Shown one piece after another: positions 1 to 6,675 of a stretch of DNA of 36,750 bases (the stretch's first letter is position 1; each line of letters begins with the position of its first letter). The notes under the pieces are model-generated. The model had not been told where the DNA came from. It saw only the letters and a program-made list of their open reading frames with translations, and did not search any database. This DNA comes from a virus. Lineage: Duplodnaviria > Caudoviricetes. Location: IMG/VR virus record IMGVR_UViG_3300037311_000208, positions 1-36,750 of that record; one strand, given 5' to 3'. The translations under genes and the position numbers were made by a program.

Positions 1-1625
1 GCGCGCGCGCCAGCGGTGGAAGGGGTAGAAGTGCCTTCGGTGGGCGGCTGTGCAGGCGCCTGCATCGCGGCCTGGGCGTCGATGCCGTAGTGCTCGGCCA
101 GCAGCAGCAGCGGCTCGGGCTTGTCAGTCCAGCCCGGGCGCATCTCGACGTGGTCGACGATGGCGCAGTCGAGCAGCAGCTGCGTCAGCTCGGGCACGCT
201 CATGGTGTCGACGCGCCGCTTGAGTGCCTGCATGTCGGTGTCGTACAGCCAGGTGAGGGTGGGCCACACGTCGTAGCTCGTCGATGCCAGCGCTGCGGCG
301 GCCACGAGCCGCAGCTCCAGCTCGGTGCGCTCGCGGCTGGCAGCGGCCTCGCGCACCGCCAGCAGCAGGCGGCGGTTGGCTGCCGTGGCGATCGCGGCTT
401 CCTCGCGCTTGACCTGATACTCCGCCTCCTGGCGCTTCTGGCGGGCTTCGTAGCTCTCGCCTTTGGCGGCCTTCGCGGCTGGCTTCTCCGGCTTGGCCAG
501 GCCTGCGGCCACCAGGTCATCGCGCCGCACGGTCTTGACCACTTTGCCAGTGCGCTGGTCTTGCACGTGCACCACAGGCACGTCCTTCTTGGCCTTCTTC
601 AGCTCGGCCTTCACGCGCTCGAGCGGCAGGTAGCCGTTGCGGGGTGTGCCGGCCGCGTCGAGCGCCTGGCGGGCCTTGTTGCCGGTGATGACCACCTTGC
701 CCTCGGCCTGGAGCTTGGCGGCGCCGCGCGCCAGGTGGGCCTTGGTCTTGGCGTCCCAACAGTCGGGGTCGGTACATCGGTTCGGCTCGCCCACGTTGTT
801 GAGCGAGCTTCCTTCCCAGCGCGACGTGTTGACGCCTTCGGTGGCTACGTCTTCGAACAACGGCGAGTTGCCGGTGCGCTTGGGGCAGGCGCTGCAGGTG
901 CCGGCGCCGGGGAGCAGCTCGCCGTCTTCACGGTCGAAGATGGCGCCCTTGAGCTGCAGTGTGAAGCTGTCGGCCAGCTCGGCCTTGATGCGCCTGTAGC
1001 TGGCCTTGCCACCGTCGCCCAGGCTCACGTTGATGGCCTTGATGCGCGCCAGCGCCTTCTCTTGCAGCTTGGCCAGGCCGACGCGGGCCACCAGCAGCGC
1101 GGCCTCGGCGTCGATCTCGCCGCGCAAGCATGCGTCGCGCACCTGCGGCACGGCCTGCAGCAGCTTGAGGCGGCCGTAGACGTAGCTGCGGCTCTTGCCC
1201 ACCACCTCGGCCAGCTCGTCGGCGCTGAGGCCGTCGCTGTCAATCATGGCCTGGAAGCCCTCGGCCTCTTCGATGGGGTGCACGTCCTTGCGCGCCAGGT
1301 TCTCGGCGATCTGCGCGCTACGGGCCTCGGCGTCCGTCATCGCGCGCACCATGCAGGCCGCGGTGGCCATCCCAGCCAGCTGCGCCGCCCGGAAGCGCCT
1401 GTGGCCGAAGACGATCTCGTAGCCGGCCACGGCCTCGGGCTGCGTCTCGGGCCCCGCGTCGAACAGCGGCGGGATGCGCGGCCGCACCAGCAGCGGCGAG
1501 AGGATGCGCCCCTCGCTCTTGATGCTGGCCGCCAGCTCGTCGATGGCTGTGAACGTCTTGCGCGGGTTGAACGGGCTCTCGTGCAGCTGCTCGAGCGGGA
1601 TCTCGACGATGGTGTCGGTAGTCAT
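1..1625 (-). CDS. ParB/RepB/Spo0J-family protein (runs off the left edge; missing from the ORF track)
   Basis: Manual translation from ATG at 1625: MTTDTIVEIPLEQLHESPFNPRKTF...LSPLLVRP...YEIVFGHRRFRAAQLAG...QIAENLARKDVHPIEEAEGF...ELAEVVGKSRSYVYGRLKLL. This has the ParB N-terminal GxRR motif and an HTH, then a CxxC...CxxxxC cluster (CSACPKRTGN...CTDPDC). Its ATG overlaps the RT stop (ATGA). Confidence 0.9.
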   Translation of the reverse strand, partial: MTTDTIVEIPLEQLHESPFNPRKTFTAIDELAASIKSEGRILSPLLVRPRIPPLFDAGPETQPEAVAGYEIVFGHRRFRAAQLAGMATAACMVRAMTDAEARSAQIAENLARKDVHPIEEAEGFQAMIDSDGLSADELAEVVGKSRSYVYGRLKLLQAVPQVRDACLRGEIDAEAALLVARVGLAKLQEKALARIKAINVSLGDGGKASYRRIKAELADSFTLQLKGAIFDREDGELLPGAGTCSACPKRTGNSPLFEDVATEGVNTSRWEGSSLNNVGEPNRCTDPDCWDAKTKAHLARGAAKLQAEGKVVITGNKARQALDAAGTPRNGYLPLERVKAELKKAKKDVPVVHVQDQRTGKVVKTVRRDDLVAAGLAKPEKPAAKAAKGESYEARQKRQEAEYQVKREEAAIATAANRRLLLAVREAAASRERTELELRLVAAAALASTSYDVWPTLTWLYDTDMQALKRRVDTMSVPELTQLLLDCAIVDHVEMRPGWTDKPEPLLLLAEHYGIDAQAAMQAPAQPPTEGTSTPSTAGAR

Positions 1626-2971
1626 GCGTAGGCCTTGGTGAGGTTGCGGTTGACGAAGTGCCCGCGGTCGCGGGCCACGTTGGCCAGCCGCGCGCGGTCG
1701 TGGTGGCCGTGGGAGGCCTGCCGGAGCAGGCCGAAGTAACTGTTGGCAGACGCCTGCACCTGGTCGGCCGGCGCCTGGCGCACCCGCTGCAGGGCCTTGG
1801 CCACGGTGCGCCCGCGGGTGGTGCGGTGCCAGGGCTTGATGACCTGGCCGACGAAGTCCACGCCCCGCGCCACCGGCTGCAGGATGGTCTTGCGCGGGTT
1901 GAGCTGCAGGTGCAGCTGAGCCGGCAGCCAGGCGCTCAGGTCAGCCAGCGCGGCGTTGAGCCAGCCCGTGCTGGGGTGCAGCAGCACGAAGTCGTCGACG
2001 TAGCGCACGTAGTGCGGGGCGCGCAGGCGGTGCTTCACGCGCTGGTCGAGCGCGTCGAGCAGCACGTTGGCAAAGAACTGGCTGCTGAGGTTGCCGATGG
2101 GCAGGCCGGTGTCGGCCGGCGCGTTGAAGAGGCTCTTGTGCGGCGGCACGCGGGCAAACAGGGCTGCAGGGCCGCGGCACTCAACGTCAGCGCGCGGGTC
2201 GTGCATCAGCACCTGGTGTGTGAGCTTGCGCCACCAGGGCTCGTGCACGCGGTGCTCGAGCAGCTGCAGCAGCACGTGCTTGTCGATGCTGACGAAGAAA
2301 TTGGCCAGGTCGCACTTCAGGTAGTGCGCGGGCCGGCTCCAGTTGGCCGTGACGCTGCGCACCTGGTGCTCTAGGCGCTGGGCCGCGTACAGGGTGCCGC
2401 GGCCCGGGATGCACGCGCAGCTGTCGGCCACGAAGCTGGCCAGGAAGCGCGGCGCGATGCGGTTGTAGAGCAGGTGATGGACGATGCGGTCGCGGAACTG
2501 CGCGGCCCACACCTCGCGCAGCTTGGGCCGGGTGACGACGAAGCAGACGGACGGGCCGGGCGGTAGGTGCCCCCCGGCCAGCTCGTCGTGCAGCTCGCAC
2601 AGGTTGCGCTCGAGCCGCGCCTCGAAGGCCATGGCACTGGCGCTGGTGCGCTTGTGCTTGCGGCAGTCGATGTACGCGGCCACGAGCTGGCGGAACAAGT
2701 CTGGATCTGCGGACGGCTCGGGCGCGGCCCTCATAGCTCTTGTGGTTGTTGTTCTGGTTGCCGTTGTTGAAGTTCTGGTTCCAGGCGTACGAGCCACAGT
2801 CGTGCTGTCAACGTCACCCTGCCGAAGGCTTGCGCCGATCAGCGGGGCAACTGCGCCGGACCTGGCCTGCACGGGGGCAGCGGTCTCCGTGGTGCGCATG
2901 GCGGTGGCCTCGTGGGCCAGCGGCACGACCAGATTCAGATTGCGCGCGGGCATGAGGGCCTTGACCGTCAT
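1622..2971 (-). CDS. DGR reverse transcriptase (start uncertain: 2971, 2734 or TTG 2698)
   Basis: Motifs FRDRIVHH, YLKCDLANFFVSID, GLPIGNLSSQFFAN (the DGR-typical SQ motif) and catalytic YVRYVDDF; adjacent to avd and TR. Confidence 0.95.
   Translation of the reverse strand: MTVKALMPARNLNLVVPLAHEATAMRTTETAAPVQARSGAVAPLIGASLRQGDVDSTTVARTPGTRTSTTATRTTTTRAMRAAPEPSADPDLFRQLVAAYIDCRKHKRTSASAMAFEARLERNLCELHDELAGGHLPPGPSVCFVVTRPKLREVWAAQFRDRIVHHLLYNRIAPRFLASFVADSCACIPGRGTLYAAQRLEHQVRSVTANWSRPAHYLKCDLANFFVSIDKHVLLQLLEHRVHEPWWRKLTHQVLMHDPRADVECRGPAALFARVPPHKSLFNAPADTGLPIGNLSSQFFANVLLDALDQRVKHRLRAPHYVRYVDDFVLLHPSTGWLNAALADLSAWLPAQLHLQLNPRKTILQPVARGVDFVGQVIKPWHRTTRGRTVAKALQRVRQAPADQVQASANSYFGLLRQASHGHHDRARLANVARDRGHFVNRNLTKAYA
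2705..2796 (-). repeat. DGR template repeat (TR)
   Basis: Coding strand GGC TCG TAC GCC TGG AAC CAG AAC TTC AAC AAC GGC AAC CAG AAC AAC AAC CAC AAG AGC TAT GAG GGC CGC GCC CGA GCC GTC CGC AGA (8 AAC codons). It matches both VRs except at adenines. Confidence 0.96.
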
Positions 2972-3333
2972 GTTGCAGGCGCCTTGTTCGAGGTGGACTT
3001 GAGCCATCCACCGCCCTGCCGGCCGATGCTGTCGAGCAGCTGCACGCTGTCGGCCCACAGGGTGTGGGCGATGTAGCGCGCGTCGTGCCCCACGCGCAGC
3101 AGCACAGTGGCCGCGCGCAGGTGCTGCATGAGCTGCTCGATGTAGGCAGCGCGCTGGCCACGCTGGGTGGCGTTGGCCAGGGCCATCAGGTCGAGCATGG
3201 CCACGCAGTGCTGGTTGATCTTCTCGCCCAGCGTGCGTTTCATGCTGCGCGGCATCTGCTCTTGCACCTTGAGGGCCAGGCTGAGCAGCTGCACGCCCGT
3301 GCGGTAGATCGGCAGGTCGGTGTGGAGGGCCAT
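2968..3333 (-). CDS. avd: DGR accessory variability determinant (Avd, four-helix bundle)
   Basis: 121 aa helical protein, MALHTDLPIYR...MPRSMKRTLGEKI...IGRQGGGW, resembling the Avd/four-helix-bundle pattern; lies between the targets and TR/RT. Confidence 0.88.
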   Translation of the reverse strand: MALHTDLPIYRTGVQLLSLALKVQEQMPRSMKRTLGEKINQHCVAMLDLMALANATQRGQRAAYIEQLMQHLRAATVLLRVGHDARYIAHTLWADSVQLLDSIGRQGGGWLKSTSNKAPAT

Positions 3334-3350
3334 GTCAAAGGACCGAAGGA

Positions 3351-3818
3351 CTAAACCTTGAATCTGCGGACGGCTCGGGCGCGGCCCTCATAGCTCTTGT
3401 GGAGGTTGTCCTGGCCGCCGTAGTTGAAGTCCTGGTACCAGGCGTACGAGCCTTCGGAGTGGTGCTCCTGGCTCGACCAGTACCAGGTGGCCTGGAACTC
3501 GTCCTTCAGGTTGGCAAAGAGCAGGGCCTGCTCCTGCCGCGTGGGCAGCTCGCCGCCGGCCTTCTTGGCCCACTCGAGCGCGTCGGGCCAGGTGATGTTC
3601 TCGGCGTCGCCGGGCAGCAGCACCAGGTGGTGCTTCGGCTCACCGGCACCGTCGAGCACGATGCCGGCGTAGCGCTCGCCCGGGGCCAGCTCGATGAAGG
3701 CCTGGGGGATGCCGTAGGTGGTGGTTACAGACGCCTGCAGCTGCTCGATGAGCTGTGCCAGGCGGGCGTGCTCGGCCTTGATGTGCTCGAGCGTGATGGG
3801 TGCTTCGCTGGTGGACAT
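3351..3818 (-). CDS. DGR target protein 1, DUF1566/C-type-lectin-like fold with N-terminal coiled coil
   Basis: WxDAxEWA...ELPTRQEQALLFANL...WYWSS...YAW...RARAVRR motifs; C-terminal VR1. Confidence 0.9.
   Translation of the reverse strand: MSTSEAPITLEHIKAEHARLAQLIEQLQASVTTTYGIPQAFIELAPGERYAGIVLDGAGEPKHHLVLLPGDAENITWPDALEWAKKAGGELPTRQEQALLFANLKDEFQATWYWSSQEHHSEGSYAWYQDFNYGGQDNLHKSYEGRARAVRRFKV
3362..3452 (-). repeat. Variable repeat VR1
   Basis: 91 bp match to TR 2705-2795 with 8 mismatches, all at TR adenines; encodes GSYAWYQDFNYGGQDNLHKSYEGRARAVRR. Confidence 0.96.
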
Positions 3819-3851
3819 GAGTGCGCGCGGTAGGGTTGAAGGATCGAAGGA

Positions 3852-4229
3852 CTAACCTTCGAGCTGAATCAAGCGGACGGCTCGGGCGCGGCCCTCATAG
3901 CTCTTGTGGTAGTCGTACTGGTAGCCGTAGTTGAAGCCCTGGGTCCAGGCGTACGAGCCATCGTCGGCATCCGCTTCCGAGGTCCAGTGCCACGCCTCCT
4001 CGAACTGCGGCTTGAGGTTGGCGAACAGCATCGCGGCCACGGGGCGCGTGGGCAGCTCGGCCTGCAGGCCGGCAGCCCACTCCATGGCGTGCTGCCACTT
4101 GAGCCGCTGGTCGGGCTTGTCGGCCAGCAGCACCACGGCGTGGTGCGTGCCGTCAGGCTTGGTGGTGAGGCCGGCAAAGATGCCGGCGGCAAGTGCGGCG
4201 CCCAGCTTGGGCAGGTCGGTCAGCTTCAA
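3852..4229 (-). CDS. DGR target protein 2, DUF1566/C-type-lectin-like fold (TTG start, about 125 aa)
   Basis: AGGAG RBS before TTG at 4229; WQHAMEWA...ELPTRPVAAMLFANL...WHWTS...YAW...RARAVR; paralogous to target 1; C-terminal VR2. Confidence 0.88.
   Translation of the reverse strand: MKLTDLPKLGAALAAGIFAGLTTKPDGTHHAVVLLADKPDQRLKWQHAMEWAAGLQAELPTRPVAAMLFANLKPQFEEAWHWTSEADADDGSYAWTQGFNYGYQYDYHKSYEGRARAVRLIQLEG
3873..3960 (-). repeat. Variable repeat VR2
   Basis: 88 bp match to TR 2709-2796 with 8 mismatches, all at TR adenines; encodes GSYAWTQGFNYGYQYDYHKSYEGRARAVR. Confidence 0.96.
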
Positions 4230-4279
4230 TGAGCTCTCCTGTTGTGCGGCCAGAGTCGGCTGGCCGCGGTCCGATGTGC

Positions 4280-4558
4280 TCAGGTGTGCGGCCGCCGCGC
4301 GTGCGGCACCAGCCGCACCAGGTGCGGCTTGACGGGGTGCGGCGCCAGCAACTCGCGGTAGAAGAGCCACAGCAGGCTCTCGCGGTGCCAGTCCACGTGC
4401 TGGGGCGGGTGCTCGCGCAGGTCGAGCAGCGGGCTCACGTCGTACCAACGCGTGCCGTCTGGGCCCCGGTGAAACTCACAGCTCTCGACGTCGACCACGG
4501 CCCAGCGGTCGGCCAGGCGCGCGGCCAGTGCGATCAAGGCGAGCTCGGTGGTGCTCAT
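4280..4558 (-). CDS. hypothetical phage early protein (MSTTELALIAL...)
   Basis: ATGA overlap with the upstream gene; in operon with neighbours. Confidence 0.65.
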   Translation of the reverse strand: MSTTELALIALAARLADRWAVVDVESCEFHRGPDGTRWYDVSPLLDLREHPPQHVDWHRESLLWLFYRELLAPHPVKPHLVRLVPHARRPHT

Positions 4559-4923
4559 GCGGCCAGCGCCGGCTCGGCGGTCTTGGCGGCCCACGCCTGC
4601 ACGACCAGTCGATCGAGCGCGTCGACGAAGGCGCGGCAGGTCGGGAACAGGCCGCGCAGGGTGAAGAACACGGTGCCCGGGTGGTCGCGCGGCTGCAGGC
4701 GCAGCAAGTCATCGTGCAGCTCGCCACCCAAGCGGCGCAGGTCGAACAGCACCCAGCGCTGGCCGTCGACATTGATGGCGCGCAGGAACACGTGCACCTG
4801 GCCGTGCGCCGCCACAGGGTGCAGGCCCAGGGCCTGGCCGTCGCGGAACATGACTTCGTGCCGCTGTGCCAGCACGGTGTATGCGCCCTCCTGGGCAAGC
4901 GGGCGGTTGTCGGGCAGGTTCAT
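4555..4923 (-). CDS. hypothetical phage early protein
   Basis: GGAGG RBS, tight operon packing, normal amino-acid composition. Confidence 0.7.
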   Translation of the reverse strand: MNLPDNRPLAQEGAYTVLAQRHEVMFRDGQALGLHPVAAHGQVHVFLRAINVDGQRWVLFDLRRLGGELHDDLLRLQPRDHPGTVFFTLRGLFPTCRAFVDALDRLVVQAWAAKTAEPALAA

Positions 4924-4926
4924 GGC

Positions 4927-5364
4927 TCAGGCCTCCTGGGCAGCCGCGGCGAACAGGTCTGGCGCCGCGGCGTCGGGTTCGGGGTCGCGGGCGTGCTCGA
5001 GCACGACGACGCTGTGGGGATCCACCACGCGCAGCACCTGGTGGCCAAAGTCGGCGCGCAGTTCCAGCGCCTCGCCGGCCACGCTGACCACCGCGCCGCG
5101 GCGCAGGTAGGGCATGCAGGCCTCGGCGTTGAGGTGGTCGCCAGGGTTCGGGCCGAGGTCCACCCGCGCCACGTAGGCCAGGCCTCGGGCCGGCTGCAGC
5201 TGCAGGCACAGCAGCAGGTGCGGCGGTTGGCTGGTGGTGGGGCGCAGCTCGGCCGCCTCGGTGAGCGTGCCGCTCACGCGCACCAGCCCAGGGTGCCGCT
5301 CGGGCTGTGCAGGCGCCTGCACGCGCCCGGCGTAGGTGCGGGGCAGGGGATGCGCGGCACCCAT
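4927..5364 (-). CDS. hypothetical protein, possibly OB-fold/SSB-like
   Basis: VRVSGTLTEAAELRPT...YLRRGAVVSVAGEALE resembles the SSB pattern GxLxxDPELR...YLxKGxxVxVEGxL; TGATG overlap with the upstream gene. Confidence 0.55.
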   Translation of the reverse strand: MGAAHPLPRTYAGRVQAPAQPERHPGLVRVSGTLTEAAELRPTTSQPPHLLLCLQLQPARGLAYVARVDLGPNPGDHLNAEACMPYLRRGAVVSVAGEALELRADFGHQVLRVVDPHSVVVLEHARDPEPDAAAPDLFAAAAQEA

Positions 5365-5603
5365 CACAGCCAGCCCAGGTGCTTGGCGGCCGCGCAGGCC
5401 GCCGTGGCCAGCAGCAGCGTGACGCCGGCGCCGGTGGCGGCACCGAGGCGCCAGCCGCTGACGAAGCCGATGCGCTCGCCGTATGCAAAGCCGTCCAGCC
5501 AGGTGTTGCGCACCGCTGGCGGATGCAGCGGCGCGACCTTGTCGGCGCGTGCCGGCGGCGCCGGTGGCCGCATGGGCAGCGGCGGCACGTGGCGCGGGCT
5601 CAT
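5364..5603 (-). CDS. small hypothetical protein with C-terminal hydrophobic helix
   Basis: Overlapping start/stop codons with both neighbours; hydrophobic C-terminus. Confidence 0.6.
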   Translation of the reverse strand: MSPRHVPPLPMRPPAPPARADKVAPLHPPAVRNTWLDGFAYGERIGFVSGWRLGAATGAGVTLLLATAACAAAKHLGWL

Positions 5604-5986
5604 GCGCAGCGCCTCGGGTCAGCCACGCAGGCCGGGGAGGGGATGCGAGCGCGCCCCGGGTCTTCGCACACCGGCAGGTCTTCGAAGCCGGGCGCCGGCG
5701 GGCCCACGAAGTCTTCGCGGCAGGGCTCGTCGCCACCGCCGCAGCCGCCGAGCAGCGCGCACACCAGCAGCGTGGTGGCCAGCACCAGCGCGGCCAGGCC
5801 GCGGTGCACGCGGGGCTCGGCCACTTCGTGTTCCCAGCCGGGGCGCACGTACACGCCGGCCGGGAGATCCGAGAAGCGGGCCGGGGCGGTGCTGAACTGC
5901 TCGGTGAAGCTGTCAGTCAGCGGGTCAGCGCAGGCGCCTGCACCGTGGGCCGCGTGGGCGGCGATGGCTTCGTCGAGGGCGCTCAT
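5600..5986 (-). CDS. hypothetical membrane protein with internal lipobox-like motif
   Basis: Starts MSALDEAIAAH; contains LAALVLATTLLVCALLGGCGGG; ATGA overlaps. Confidence 0.6.
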   Translation of the reverse strand: MSALDEAIAAHAAHGAGACADPLTDSFTEQFSTAPARFSDLPAGVYVRPGWEHEVAEPRVHRGLAALVLATTLLVCALLGGCGGGDEPCREDFVGPPAPGFEDLPVCEDPGRARIPSPACVADPRRCA

Positions 5987-6249
5987 GCGTGACCTGCTTT
6001 CTCGTGTTCCGGGGCGTTGGACACCTGAACGTCGAGCACCTTGGCGCCCGGCAACACGTCGCAGACGATGGCAGCGCTGGCGGTGCGCCAGAACACTTGC
6101 CAGGCCGCCCACACGCCCGGCAGGCGGGCCACGTTCACGGGCAGACTGCTCAGCAGCACGGCGCCTTGCATCGATGCTGTGGGCGCCAGGTAGGCGTTGA
6201 CGCTGCCGCCTTCTTCGCGGATGGCGATGCGCAGAGGGGTGGCGCTCAT
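5983..6249 (-). CDS. hypothetical phage protein
   Basis: ATGA-coupled to both neighbours. Confidence 0.65.
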   Translation of the reverse strand: MSATPLRIAIREEGGSVNAYLAPTASMQGAVLLSSLPVNVARLPGVWAAWQVFWRTASAAIVCDVLPGAKVLDVQVSNAPEHEKAGHA

Positions 6250-6548
6250 GACAGGAGCGCTCCGGCAGGGATGGCCACCGCCTGGCCAGTGACCAGCAGG
6301 CCCGGCGTGCTGCCGGTCTGCTTGATGACCTCCAGGAAGTCGTCGCGCCAGCGGTCGGCGGCGTCTTCAGCCCAGCTCAGGCGCTGCAGGGTGTCGGAGA
6401 GCTGGGCCCGGGTGGCCTCGAGCTGGGCGTGCAGCTCGGCAGTGAGCTCGCGCAGGTGCTGCAGCTCCCAGGCGTGCAGCTTGCGGTTGAGGGCCTGGAG
6501 CGCGCGGTCGGCGCGCGGGCGGAGCTTGCGGGGGATGGGTTGCGGCAC
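6246..6548 (-). CDS. hypothetical coiled-coil protein, first gene of the leftward early operon
   Basis: GGAGG RBS before GTG; heptad-like LRELTAELHAQLEATRAQLSDTLQRL. Confidence 0.7.
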   Translation of the reverse strand: MPQPIPRKLRPRADRALQALNRKLHAWELQHLRELTAELHAQLEATRAQLSDTLQRLSWAEDAADRWRDDFLEVIKQTGSTPGLLVTGQAVAIPAGALLS

Positions 6549-6577
6549 TTGGCGCCTCCGTCGGGTTGACGGGGCGC

Positions 6578-6616
6578 ACTCTACATCTGTTGTTTTACTG
6601 TAGTCAACGACTGTTG
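6578..6616 (-). promoter_or_regulatory. pL-like promoter with two operators
   Basis: Minus-strand TTGACT (6607-6602) N18 TAGAGT (6583-6578), overlapped by CWAC-N4-GTWG palindromes at 6581-6592 and 6605-6616. Confidence 0.7.
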
Positions 6617-6675
6617 TTAACAGCTAGTCCCGGTGACACGCAAAGTCGTTCCAGCGCGACACATCGACCAAAGCG

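Larger units (their letters stand above)
1622..4229 (-). mobile_element. Diversity-generating retroelement cassette: target2-target1-avd-TR-RT
   Basis: All canonical components are present and co-oriented, with adenine-specific TR/VR mismatches. Confidence 0.95.

Noticed and set aside
90-1631. 513 aa + strand ORF
   Set aside because: Antisense shadow of the ParB-like gene; no motifs; typical of high-GC DNA.
1622-3058. RT as a group II intron, retron or Abi RT, and the 3058 start
   Set aside because: The SQ motif, Avd and A-specific TR/VR pairs identify a DGR; no maturase/endonuclease domain is visible; the 3058 start lies inside avd.
2705-3960. Three near-identical repeats as a CRISPR array or simple duplication
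   Set aside because: Only three copies of about 90 bp, hundreds of bp apart, two at the 3' ends of genes, with strictly adenine-specific differences.
4230-4448. N-terminal extension of target 2 given in the ORF track (198 aa)
   Set aside because: Overlaps the upstream gene, is low-complexity, and a good RBS precedes the TTG at 4229.
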